DNA of 64,000 nt from NCBI RefSeq assembly GCF_002113885.1, contig NW_018408866.1, positions 799,700 through 863,699 of the forward strand, written 5' to 3'. The notes beneath the pieces are model-generated. The model had not been told where the DNA came from. It was given only the letters and a program-made list of their open reading frames with translations, and searched no databases. A program made the translations under genes and the position numbers. Positions 38,201 to 49,104 of this stretch are shown piece by piece (position 1 is the first letter of the stretch; each line of letters begins with the position of its first letter). The DNA is from Mizuhopecten yessoensis. Its lineage: Eukaryota.

Positions 38201-41200
38201 TTACAGCGGCAAGATAATCAGGGTATTTTGCATGATTGTTGTTCATTTCACAGAACATTAATAGGACCTAAATATTCTTCAAGTATTTTATTCAAATTGC
38301 AAAAAATGGACACTGTTTATTTTGAAAAGGACCCCACTAGATATGACATATGAAGTACTGACACCAATAGTTAGGATTTTGCATAGCTGAGTTGTAAAGA
38401 TGTAAAGGAATCAGTGGTGCATGATATCTCCGTGATACTTGTGTTGGTTTACCAACATTTTTATTCCAATTTTTTCAGTTGTGCATAATGTAAATAGTGT
38501 CAAAGTTGCTATACTAGCTTTGGCTAGAGGGAATTTCCTTAAGCTATTACAAGGTCAAAAGAGGATAAGAATTAATCAAGAACCCGGCTTGTTGGACCTT
38601 AATATACCCACAAACAAGGAAAATATGGTAGCCAATCTAGATGTCCAAAGTGCCCTGGGCAAAAGTGACCATGGATGTATCGCCTTTCAGTTTATATGAA
38701 GACACATCACACAAACCAGTGCAATAGCGAAACTTAACTACAAGTGACTATCTAAAGATGAGGGAAGAGCTAAACATAGACCGGAATACAGGTCTACAAT
38801 CCGAGGACATGTAGGAAAACTACAACACATTTATTAATAAATTGTCAATTGGGATAGACAAACAGATTCCAAAAATAAAATTAGGAAAGAAGAAACATCA
38901 ACAACCACTAGATGAAGAAACAGAAGATTAAGTTCAATAAAACACAGATGCTGGAGGAGAATCATGGAGACAAAGGATCACAACAAATATGTAGAGTATG
39001 TCATTAGGCAAGAAACAAAGTAAAGAGCTTGGTGCGAAAAGCTAAAAAAACAACTGGAATATATTATTGCAAAGGATGTGAAAACCAACCCGAAGAAATT
39101 TTGGAAATACGCCAATACCAAAACAAAAACTAGAACAGGAATATCTGAACTGCATGCAAAGGACAATAGTCAAGTGGTTCATATTGCTCAAAGCGAAAGA
39201 GAAAAGGCAAACGTGTTGGCGGATTACTTTAGCAGTGTTTTTACAAGAAAACCAAATGGAGACATACCTTAGCTCCCAATTAAGCATATAAAAAAACATT
39301 TTGTCTGGAAGGAACTCAGCGAACAAAAAGTTGACAAATTTATCAAAAGCATGAATACAAACAAATCCTAAGGTCCTGATAACATAAATCCAAAAAATAT
39401 TGAAAGAACTTTAACCAGTAATAGCAAAACCATTCAAAATACTGTTCAATCAATCATTGCGTACTGGTTGTGTGCCATCAGCTTGGAAAGAGGGAAGGAT
39501 TGCAGCTATTTTCAAGAAGGGAGATAAGTGTTATGCAGGTAGCTACAGACCAGTCAGTTTAACAAGTATCATAGGTAACTACAGACCAGTCAGTCTAACA
39601 AGTATCATAGGTAACTACAGACCAGTCAGTCTAACAAGTATCATAGGTAACTACAGACCAGTCAGTCTAACAAGTATCATAGGCAAACTGTTGGAAACAA
39701 TTGTAAGGAATCACGTTATAGAGCATCTAACAAACAACAAGCTTCTAAGTACTCAGCAATTTGGTTTTGTGGAAGGGTGGTCTACATTACTCCAGCTTCT
39801 TAAAACCATGAATGACTGGACGAGAATCATTGATGAAGGGGGTGGTATGGACTTCATGATGGCCTTTGACACTGTTCCGCACAGAAGACTAATCAGCAAA
39901 CTGAAATCATATGGATTGTCAGCAGAAATAGTAGCTGGATAAAAGACAACAGCATGTTGCTGTTGATCATGGTCACACCTCTGAATGGAATCAAGTCACT
40001 AGCGGAATACCACAAGGCAGGTTACTTGGACCATCATTGTTTGTTCTGTACATAAATGACCTACCAGTTGTCGTTGATTCAAACGCCCTACAGTGTTTTC
40101 CCCAGAATGAAAGAAGCATGGTATTTCAATATTTCTGTTAAAGCAGCACTCTATGTAAAATCAAAGCAGCACGGTAACTTTAGATTTACTATGAATATAT
40201 AGCAGAGAAGATCTAGGATAGCAGCATGGCAAGGAATTATAGGAGCATGGTGCCATGCTGCAAAAAAAGCCTGGGGAGAACACTGCCCTACTATTTGCCT
40301 ACGATACTAAATTGTATAAAGACACCAGGGTCAATGGCAATTTTTAGCAGGACCTAGACAATTTACAACAATGGTCAGACAAATTATTTCTAAAATTCCA
40401 CCCGCATAAATGCAAATCAATGTACCTGGGAAATAAAAAAATGTTCAAATGATCTGCATTTATATCAAGATGTTGATGATCTGAGAACAACAGTAATGCT
40501 AACTGAGGAAATGGAAGAGAGAGACCTTGGGATAATTGTTGACAATAAATCAAGTTTTAGAAATCATATACAAAACGCCGTAAACAAAGCAAACCTAATA
40601 CTTAGAGCCATCAGAAGAACATATACATACTTGGATAATAAATAATTCTGCCTACTGTATAAAGCTTTAGTTCGATCCCATCTAGAGTATGGAGCATGTG
40701 TATGGAAACCATACGAGCAACAGGATATTAAACTTCTAGAAAGTGTCCAACAGAGAGCTACTTAATTACTGCAAGGAATGAATAATTTTCGTACGAGTAA
40801 AGATTGCGTCGTCTTAAACTCCCATTGTTATTCTATAGATGTAATAGGGGAGTCATGATAAAAGTGTTCAAAATATTGAGGGGTGTCTATGATACAACAG
40901 CATCACAGAGACTTTTTTTCAATAAAACAAGATAAAAAGACTCAAGGATATTCACTCAGTCTGGATAAATCAAGGAGCAGACTGGACGTAAGGAAATACT
41001 CATTTACTCAACAAATTGTTAACAACTAGAATTCCCTACCTGAAAACGTAATTCAAGCACCAAGTCTAATAACTTTTGAAAACTGCATTGATAAATTTTG
41101 GGAAAGTAATGAAAGGAGATTCACAACAACATTAGAGTGACGTCACATCAAAAGCATATGATTTAATAAATATGGACTATGATCTGAATATAGAGGCAGA

Positions 41201-42709
41201 TATATGCCTACGTTCAAAATAAACTAAGTTAAACTAAGTATAAGCAGCATATAAGTGTCTGACTAGAAAGGTTAAATCCCCGGTGAATGCACATATTCTT
41301 TTTACTGTTTCGTTTCAAATACAAATTGTAGCCATTGATTTTTCTCGATCAAGGAAGTGGAGAACTCGGCCTTGGCAGTGAGCAAAAGAATTTGTGGTTG
41401 TCTTCGAGGGCAAAGACTTGGAGAAAGAGGGTTTGGGGATAAAGGATGTGCATTGTGCAGGTTCAAAGTCATATTACCTAGCTAAAAGGGGAATTCCTTT
41501 TCACTTAGTGGTAGAGCATCTCTGACTAGAAAGTCTGTGCATAAATTTTCTTTTCACTATACATGTACTTCTTCCCTACTACAACAATATACTGTACATT
41601 ACAATATCAGTATTAATAAATCACAATCCTAGTTTGCACACCGGTGACTATCTCATATATTGTAGCATCGAATTGGTGGTAAAATATTGGGAACCCACAT
41701 TTGGAACCTATAACTGGTAAATTATATACAACATCATGGATTATTACAGACTGTAATACACTGTGTGACAGATTTCAATTGTACACAGGATTAAGGTCGC
41801 TTTCTAGCTTTGCACTAGAGGGAACTTCCCATTAGCTCAATGGAAGAGCGTCCAATTTGGAACCTGTAGATCGATTATTCTCATTCCTGTTACAAATGGT
41901 GTCCGTGTTCTCCCTGTGGTGACAAGGAGTTAGAACCTGGGTTGTGATGTTCCAGGGAAAACACATTTAAAAAGGGGAGAGTAGTTCTAGTGTGGCAGAT
42001 TTTAATTGTACATAGGATTACGGTCACCTTCTAGCTTTGAGCTAGAGGGAATTTCCCTTTAGCTCAGTGATAGAGCGTCTGACTAGGAACCTATCTGGAG
42101 ATCGAGGGTTGATCCCCGGTTAAAGCACAGTATTCTCTTTCCTGTTACACACTGTAGAATACAGGACCTTGTATTGCATGGCCTGAAAACTGGCTGCATC
42201 ACTAAAATGATTCACCATGTAAGATATTTTTTTATTATTATCATGTTTTCATCTATACATAGTCAAATGTGTTTGAAATTCTGACTGTAAATTGAGATAT
42301 ATCTCATAAAAAAAACAAGGGCATAACTTCTTTTTTTTATAGTTGTACCCTTATTTTTTACATGATATTTCTCACAATTTACAATCAGAATTTAAAACAT
42401 CTTTACTAAAGTATACATGTATAGCAGGTTCCATTTAGTTATCAATATTATTGAGGATGTCAGGCGCGCGTCTCTAGTGATAAAATGTGTGGCCTGACTT
42501 TTTGATACAACCACATCTAAAAACGTGTATTTATTACATAGCTGCAGAACTTTCTGTCCCAATAAAACGTCATTAGCTGGCCGAGCAGTCGTGTACATCA
42601 TCAGATCATAAGCTGATAAGTGTAGAATTAAAAGTGAACCAGTATATGCCACTATCAATAACTCACCATGTTTACCCGGCCTGCCTATTTCCGTCGTTAC
42701 ATGTAACAT
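29288..42709 (-). CDS. SPATS1: Spermatogenesis-associated serine-rich protein 1-like (7 coding exons, 256 aa)
   Basis: complement(join(42667..42709,37942..38089,36355..36467,35437..35586,34973..35096,31370..31435,29288..29414)) = 771 nt, GT-AG introns, open frame. The translation ...NEWLLDPGLTKVGLRCSFDGVH...DKRNGIPYASEGDKTYQAVEYSPGFHRTGSSRP...DTFVPLQRLP...DDIASVRGLDSWKPATPL matches, from memory, the conserved SPATS1 C-terminal domain (VGKQCFFNGV / DPRNGIP..PGD.PY / DTFIPLEPLP / EVEELDNWQPAVPL). Confidence 0.85.
31585..32970. repeat. Minisatellite, 49/52-bp unit, about 27 copies (SPATS1 intron 5)
   Basis: Unit CTGACATAGGTGTTGGTTGCTATACCGATCTACTACTATACTGACATCC, with variants carrying an extra ATC. 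Confidence 0.95.
34165..34508. repeat. Minisatellite, 33-bp unit, about 10 copies (SPATS1 intron 5)
   Basis: Unit GTCATGTTTAAACTTAATCTGATAGTACAACTT. Confidence 0.95.
35682..35791. repeat. Inverted repeat, 48-bp arms, 14-bp spacer, in SPATS1 intron 3
   Basis: TCCAATCACAACACAGCTCAGGCGTTACAAGTTAGTGGGGTTTTATTG versus the reverse complement of 35744-35791 (4 mismatches). Confidence 0.85.
36216..36313. mobile_element. 98-bp fold-back MITE with 9-bp TSD in SPATS1 intron 3
   Basis: 37-bp arms CAATATGATTAAAATCATCTGTTACATGGCTCCGTTA / TAACAGAGCCATGTAACAGATGATTTTAATCAGATTG (2 mismatches); ACAAAATAA at 36207-36215 and 36314-36322. Confidence 0.75.
37135..37610. repeat. Minisatellite, 42-bp unit, about 11 copies, fading out to about 37800 (SPATS1 intron 2)
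   Basis: Unit CAAGTTCCCATATAGCAGACTTAATTAGTATTGTATGGTAAT. Confidence 0.95.
39543..39683 (+). repeat. 36-bp tandem repeat (about 4 copies) inside the CR1 ORF
   Basis: CTACAGACCAGTCAGTCTAACAAGTATCATAGGTAA repeated; translates as (YRPVSLTSIIGN)n. Confidence 0.95.
40091..40285. mobile_element. 195-bp non-autonomous DNA transposon (MITE), hAT-like termini, 5-bp TSD
   Basis: TIRs CAGTGTTTTCCCCAG ... CTGGGGAGAACACTG (15 bp, 1 mismatch); CCCTA on both sides (40086-40090, 40286-40290); internal repeated AGCA(G/T)G-type motifs; interrupts the CR1 RT frame. Confidence 0.8.
41764..42149 (+). mobile_element. Miniature LTR retroelement (TRIM) with tRNA-like sequence inside its LTRs (Helenus-like)
   Basis: 5-bp TSD CACTG (41759-41763 and 42150-42154). 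LTR1 41764-41894 and LTR2 41991-42149 both run TGTG(A/G)CAG...CTGTTACA. PBS-like aaTGGTGTCCGTGT directly after LTR1; purine tract AAAAAGGGGAGAG at 41969-41981. A-box TAGCTCAGTGATAG and B-box-like GGGTTGATCCCC in LTR2. Confidence 0.8.
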
Positions 42710-42789
42710 TTTGCCGCTTTAGATAATCTTTTCCTGATGTATATTGCTCACGAATCTACATTATTTGATTTTTTAAACGGTAGTCTATT

Positions 42790-42844
42790 TGTAAACACCT
42801 GAGCAAACATCCGCCATGCGCCGAGGAAGCCGTATCCTGGCGAC
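42790..42844 (-). promoter_or_regulatory. Candidate SPATS1 promoter elements: RFX X-box plus forkhead motifs
   Basis: GTCGCCAGGATAC (minus strand of 42832-42844) fits the X-box pattern; TGTTTACA (42790-42797) and TGTTTGC (42803-42809) are forkhead-type. All lie in a small CpG-rich patch 80-135 bp upstream of the ATG. Confidence 0.5.
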
Positions 42845-43854
42845 GACCGGAACAGGTGCCCGCTATCAGCCCGACATCTATCGGTGAAAGCTCAATTTAC
42901 TCTCATTTTGTTATCATTATATAAGAAAGATAACTCTGTCTTGCTTATGATTTATTTGGTTGGCGGTCACGACCACGTCGCTAATTGCATTAATTGTTTT
43001 AAAACGCTGTATTTGTTGGCCGTTGAAATAATCGTTCAGGGAATGATCATATTTCGGGGGAAATGGTTTAACCTAAGCCAGTAATATACCCTCATGAACT
43101 TTAACACGTATATATGTGCATATATTAAATATGATTACAAATGCATTAGCCAAGAAGAAAATCATTCTAGTTCTGAAACCTGCAAATATCAAAATAGGAG
43201 GTTTCTGGAAATGTTTTCGCGCTTATTTGATGGTGCTAACTGCTAACTCAGAAACAATAGTGATTATATGGCTACCGTTAATACATTGAGCTATTGAGGG
43301 TATGAAACTTGCAAATATCAAAATAGTATCACCTTTGAATTTCTTCCTTGCATAAAAAAAAATCATCGTCTAACTAGGAGGTTTCTTGAAACCTTTTCGC
43401 GCTAATTTGAAGACACTAACTCAGAAACGATAGTGATTATATCGCTACCGTAACTTAATTGCTCAAACGTAACATTCTTTCCCCGCCCCATAGTTCATAA
43501 AACATACATTGTACTTATAGTGTAATGTACGTCATACAGGTTGTATCTGATATGTCGTATTGCATACGGTTGTTCGCACTGGGCTACATAACAACTGTCC
43601 TCTCGTGCTACTAGTCTAGCCTTCACTTTCGCAGAAAACTAACCTTATCCTATGCTCCAATGTTACTATCCGTGTTTCAAAGCTAAACCTGTCATGTCCT
43701 TTATTCTTATCAACTTTGATATAAGGCTTACCTGCTCACATCGTCCCATATCATCACCAATGATACAATGCTAACCTTATATGTTATGAATCTTCCTGTG
43801 TTACTTTCCTTGATACAAGACTAACCTTAAACTGTGCCTTTAAAGCTACTTAAT

Positions 43855-46800
43855 GTTGTTTTTTTTGTTGTTGTTTTTTCAAAAATTTTTTTTTTTACAA
43901 AAGACAGTACAAAAAACACAACTTGCATACACTCTTTCTCTCGTACTTTGGATATTTAAGTATAACTTTCGAATTCCCCTATGAGAAGTGCATTACAAAT
44001 GTTGTACCTGTGTATTTGTGACCGTAGCGGTCTGGAGTTGGAATGGATTATTCGAAATTGGATAATACACATCTCGGGCGGCAATCGAATTAGGTACAAG
44101 TTATAGGTGCATATGTGAATAGTACACAATATTTGGTAGATAAGCTGTGGTATCATTAAGTTAGAAAAGAGTCTCCATTTTTGGAGAAAGGTATTTTGTT
44201 TCCCTCTACATGTTGCGATATATTTTTCCATTTTATAATTGTACACTATATCTCTCTTTACACTTTCTATGAAAAGTGTATCACCTTCCATACGTTGTTT
44301 GTAAATGTAATATTTAACAATTAGCATAATAAGGTTCTGCACATAATATGTGTTACCTATTTTCCCAAATATAATATCTTGTTTTGCAAAGTTAATGTAA
44401 ACAGAGGTTTTTGAGAATATCCAGTTTTCAAGAAGTAGCCAAAGCCTCTCGACATGCTCACATTAAAAAAATATGTGTAGTAAATTAAAGTTTCTTCAGA
44501 TTGTTTGCAGAATGTACAAAGTGGGTTATCTTTTATTTTATTTTTTGTAAGAAAAGTGTTAGTTGAAAGTATTCTATGTATAATTCTATATTGAAACCAC
44601 TGCAGAGTCACATCTGTTGTTATATTGAAATCTATAGTTTGTAATTTTATTAATTCAGTATTTTCATCAACACCTAGCACATTAGACCATTTGTCAATAG
44701 ATTTATTAGTGCATTTAATTTTGGAAATCAAAATATCGTACATGTCTCTGCTTCCTTTTTTGCTTTTATTTATTAATCCTATGGTAATTGGAATAAATGG
44801 TTGTTGCAAATCAGCCGAGGCATTGTTTAAAGTATATGTCTGCCATAAAGGCATAAGTGAGCTTCTCAAGCCGTAGAACACTGTATGAGGTTGGCGGAAG
44901 TCATAGACTCGACAAATTCATCATAGGAATTAAGACGGTTATTTTCTATATGAACCATATCGGATGAAAATTGAATTCCTTTATCACACCATCCTTGATA
45001 AAAAAAAACCTGTGGAGTTATCTACCTTTATCTGTGTATTGAACCATAAACGTAGTTTTAGCAGGTCAGGGCGTTTAATATTAAGTTTTATGATATATTC
45101 AGCAAATGTACTAAAAATTTCCACCCAAAAAGGGTTTTTGTATCTTTGTGATAGTCTAATGTAATAGTTGTCACCCAAAGTTGTCAACTTGTTATATAAT
45201 TAACATGTATTATATACATCTAACAGTATATTTTCCAGGTAGCGTCAGAATTGAGAATTCTCCGTATCCAGGTTAATTTCAATGCTTTATTAAAGGATAC
45301 AATGTGTGTCATCCTACATCCACCATCCTTATACTCTTTTATAATCTGATTTCTAGCTATTCTATCTCTCGTATTCCAGATAGAATTGAAAAATATATTT
45401 TCTAATTCTTCAGTAAGTCTCTGTCTTCTGGTTTAGGTAAGCTCATAAATAAATGAGTCAATTTTGGAATTAATAGAGATTTGACTATTATAATCTTACC
45501 AAGGATAGTCAGTCTTCTTTTATACCAATGTTTTAGTGTATTACTGATATCATTAAGTTTGGCTTTAAAATTTAATTTTGGTATATCTTCAAGTTTTAAG
45601 CTAAATAGGATGCCCAGTACCGTGAACGATTCATTGGTCCACTCAAGGTTTCACTCATTACATAGTCTATTTACGGCATTTTTTCTTGAACCTATCCAGA
45701 GTGCCTTAGTTTTTTCAAAATTTGGTGTCAAGCCGGAATACTTAGAAAACTGGTCAAGAAGTTCAAGAGTATTCTTAAAAGATTTTTCCATACCATTCAA
45801 AAATATACCAGTATCATCAGCATACTGAAATAGTTTATACTCTTTGTTAACAATTGTAACACCTTTAATTTCTTGATTAGACCTTATTAGGATACCCATT
45901 AATTCTACACACAGTAGACATATATATGGCGAGATCGGATCGCCTTGACGGCAGCCCCGTCCTATATTAAAAAATGTTGAAATAAAAACAATTTGAAGTA
46001 CACATAATTTAGCGTCGTTATACAAAATGCTTATCCATTTAGCAAATTCAGGACCAAACTTAAAAAACTCTAGCACATTATACATAAATTGCCAGGAAAC
46101 CGAATCGAATGCCTTCTCGAAATCGATCAATGATAAAATTCCTGGTGTGTGATTTTTTCAGTATAGTACAAGATGTCATATATCCCCCTTCTGATTTTCA
46201 TGAATCAGCTTATCCATATATTTTTTCATTCTATTTGCCGAGCACGTCGATAGGGTTTGTAAGAGATATTAAGGAGTGATATGGGTCTCCAATTTTTTTA
46301 TGAGCTCTCTGGGCTTATCCCCTTTTGGCAACATGGAGATTATTCCTAATACACTGTATATATATATGTAAATAAGGCCTATCTGGCTATTTAACTAATA
46401 GGTACCCACCGCATATGTCCTGCATGAGTCTTGGACATGACATAGTTATTATATATATATGATACATCTTATTTTTTAACAATTCCAAAACAGTACGCAG
46501 GAAGCATGTGTATTACCCACATGTGTATATTAATTGTATATTAGGTACTCGCCCATTGCAAAACCAATGCGGTAAGGTAAGCCCAAATAGTACATGTTGA
46601 AAAATCCTGAGATTTTATTAACCATACGAGTATTGGATAAAAAATGTGAAAACTTGAGATAACTTTGACTAGTATTTCATCTCTACAGTTTCATAGTTAA
46701 CAAGTAGACTATTACTACTTAAGTTTTTTAGGGTCAATGTTAAATTGTCATCAGTCTGCCTATCCAATCCCGACCAAACATCTTTTACTTGGGTAAGGGT

Positions 46801-48030
46801 CATGATCACAAGGTAGGGTATTGTATACTAATAGGTGGGTTTTTTTAAGAAGAGAAATAGTGGGTATTGGGTTCGTCGGGTTTGGGCGAACAAACTACAC
46901 TTTAAGCCTATTTCACGTTTCGTCTGGGAATGTCCATGGGACGAGGGATACAGTAAGCTTAATATTTTTTGGAATGCAGAGCATTTGGTATAAGACATAA
47001 TTAATTTAATAGTAAGTCAGTGTTTCAAATTAACAGTTCAAGTTCATTACTCAATTGAATATTTCTTCCATTTGTCCTGGGTCGATTTCCTGGTCATTAG
47101 CCAAACATCGATCTTACTTTCCCTAACCACTGTTTGCATTTCCTTGGTTCTTTTGGTCTTGAGGTGGTCGGGAAAGTCAGTACGAATGGTGATCTTTGAG
47201 GCTCTGTCAATATTTCTCGCGTTTTTTAGGACTAGATCTCTGTCTCTCATGCACACAAACCTCACTATGACTGTCTCGGGTCTAGTGTCTCTCTCCTCGC
47301 GATCGCTTCGAGTGTTTTCTGATGTTTTGCGTCTAGGTACCTACCCTATGGGTGTTATGTATTATGATCTTTTCAACGATCTTCCCGTCAATTTTCATAC
47401 CGGTACACATAAGTTCCCGAATTTATAGTTCCGTCGCTTTGCCATCATCTGGGAGACCAAATATCAAAACATTATATTTCCTACTTCTACCATCCTGGTA
47501 TTTCTGTTGGTTCTCGAGATATTCAATCTTTTCCATTAGTTCTTGCTTTACTTTCAGTAGTTCGACCACATTACTCTGCATTTCGTCGAATTTGTCTGAG
47601 CAAAAATCCGCCGACTGCTTCATCTCGTAAACCGCATTTTTTTATCGTGTCAACTTCGTCGTCAAGTTTCTGTTCGAGTTTGTTTATTCTGCGCTCACAT
47701 TGTTCTACAGTAGCATTGGAAGTGTCAATTTTTGCGTTTACTTCCCCTATTTTGTTACATAATTTGCTATCAAGAGCTGTGATAAGTTCCTTCAAATCTT
47801 TGAACTATTTGAGCTGCTCGTCCGCCATCTTGGTTTCTGTCTGTTCTACAGTGCACGTGGCCGAGTTTTTTCTAGTGAAATACGGGTGTATGGGCTGTTT
47901 CGACGCCTCTCTAGTGCTTTTTGCGCCTCCTCGTCCTTTCCCAGGTCCCCTGGACATTCTCTGCTGCAACTCACAACGTGGGGGATGGAGAGAAAATGGG
48001 TTTATGGCATTTTCCCTCTCCAGTGTGAGA
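43855..48030 (-). mobile_element. Decayed L1/Tx1-clade LINE (ORF1 plus internally deleted ORF2)
   Basis: ORF1 pieces at 47047-47960 (coiled coil, RSRKYNVLIFGLP, RFVCMRDRDLVLKNAR, ITIRTDFP). ORF2 pieces at about 43950-46350 (LPKGDKP..KNWRPISLL, IDFEKAFDSVSW, GCRQGDPISPY, QYADDT, FQYRIIHRILSTN...CTFCKQSEETL zinc-knuckle region). A-rich 3' tail at about 43855-43896. No endonuclease domain seen. Confidence 0.88.
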
Positions 48031-48039
48031 AGCGTGACT

Positions 48040-48600
48040 ATGGTATTGATAACAGACCATCCCGTCCCGTCATCACTTGGTATTGATAATAGACCATCCC
48101 GTCCCGACATCATCAGACCAACCGTATCCCGCCGTCATTTGGTACTACTTTTTGTACTAGACAACTCCATTCCGACATCATCGGAAAATCTTGTCCCGTA
48201 ATCTCTAGACCAACCGTCTCTCGTTATCACTTGCTACTACCATTGGTACTAGACCACCCCTACCCGTCATCACTAGACAAACCGTATCCCGTCATCACTA
48301 CGTATCCCTTCACTAGACCGACCATATCCCGTCATCACTGGACCAACCGTATCCCATCACTAGACCAACCCTGTCCCGTCAATACTAGACCAACTCTATC
48401 CGGTCATCACTAGACTAACCCCTATCCCGTTATCACTAGACCAGCCCTGTACCGTCATCACTAGACCAACTCTGTCCCGTCATCACTAGACTAACCCTGT
48501 CCCGTCATCACTAGACCAACCCTATCACGCCATCACTAGATCAACCCTGTCCCGTCATCACGAGACCAACCGTATCCCGTCTACAATCGGTACAAGACCA
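48040..48600. repeat. Minisatellite, about 25-bp unit, abutting the 5' end of the L1/Tx1 element
   Basis: Unit CCCGTCATCACTAGACCAACCCT(G/A)T; most regular at 48260-48580, degenerate on both sides. Confidence 0.9.
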
Positions 48601-49104
48601 GCCCTACCCCCATACCACTCGGTATAACCTTCGGGTCTAAACCAAATCTTATCTGTCATAACATGATAATAACTTTGGTACTAGACCAACTGTGTCTGTT
48701 ATCTCCTAACACCGTGTTTGAAACCAGGAGACATGTCACTCTATCCCGTCCTCCCTTGGTACTTTTCTTGGTACCAGGCCAACCCTATCAAATACCCGCG
48801 TGATTCAAAGCCGATTATAGAAAGTTCAACGCCGACTTATCTTTCCGAAATGTATTCATTTCATGTGTGACAAAACTATGATCAAATGTACCCAATAATA
48901 CTTTCACCGATATAGAATGTTTGGGTTTATGATAGAGAGATTGAATCCCTCGGAGGTCTCCCTGCCATTGAAAGAAAATAGTTCTACTAGTGACCTATAG
49001 TCCATCAACAGTATTGGTCAGCTTTATTCACATCTTTGGGGAATATTAAAGAATGCCGGGAGGGATATTAAACCCTCTATTTCTTAAACTACTGAGATGG
49101 TCAC

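Larger units (their letters stand above)
38545..41240 (+). mobile_element. 5'-truncated, decayed CR1-clade LINE (end of endonuclease, RT, C-terminus) in SPATS1 intron 1, antisense to the gene
   Basis: Fragments LDL...ALGKSDH, KTNPKKFWKY, IFKKGDK..YRPVSLTS, QFGF, DFMMAFDTVPHRRL, VTSGIPQG..LGP.LFVLYINDLP, RDLGIIVD, LVRSHLEYG.CVW, LESVQQRAT, SRLDVRKYSF, with many stops and frameshifts. 3' tail of short repeats (AAACTAAGTT AAACTAAGTA); flanked by TAAGC at 38540-38544 and 41241-41245. Confidence 0.9.
38480..41575 (+). mobile_element. Older tRNA-LTR TRIM copy split by a CR1 LINE (pieces about 38480-38544 and 41241-41575)
   Basis: CTAGCTTTGGCTAGAGGGAATTTCCTTAAGC (38514-38544) matches the LTR of the 41764 element and resumes after the LINE tail as TAAGC...GTCTGACTAGAAAGGTTAAATCCCCGGT. 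It is followed by an internal segment with a purine tract (GGAGAAAGAGG) and a second degenerate LTR at about 41447-41573. Confidence 0.6.

Noticed and set aside
43855-48030. Active or domesticated retrotransposon gene
   Set aside because: Multiple frameshifts and stops in both ORFs and a missing endonuclease domain.
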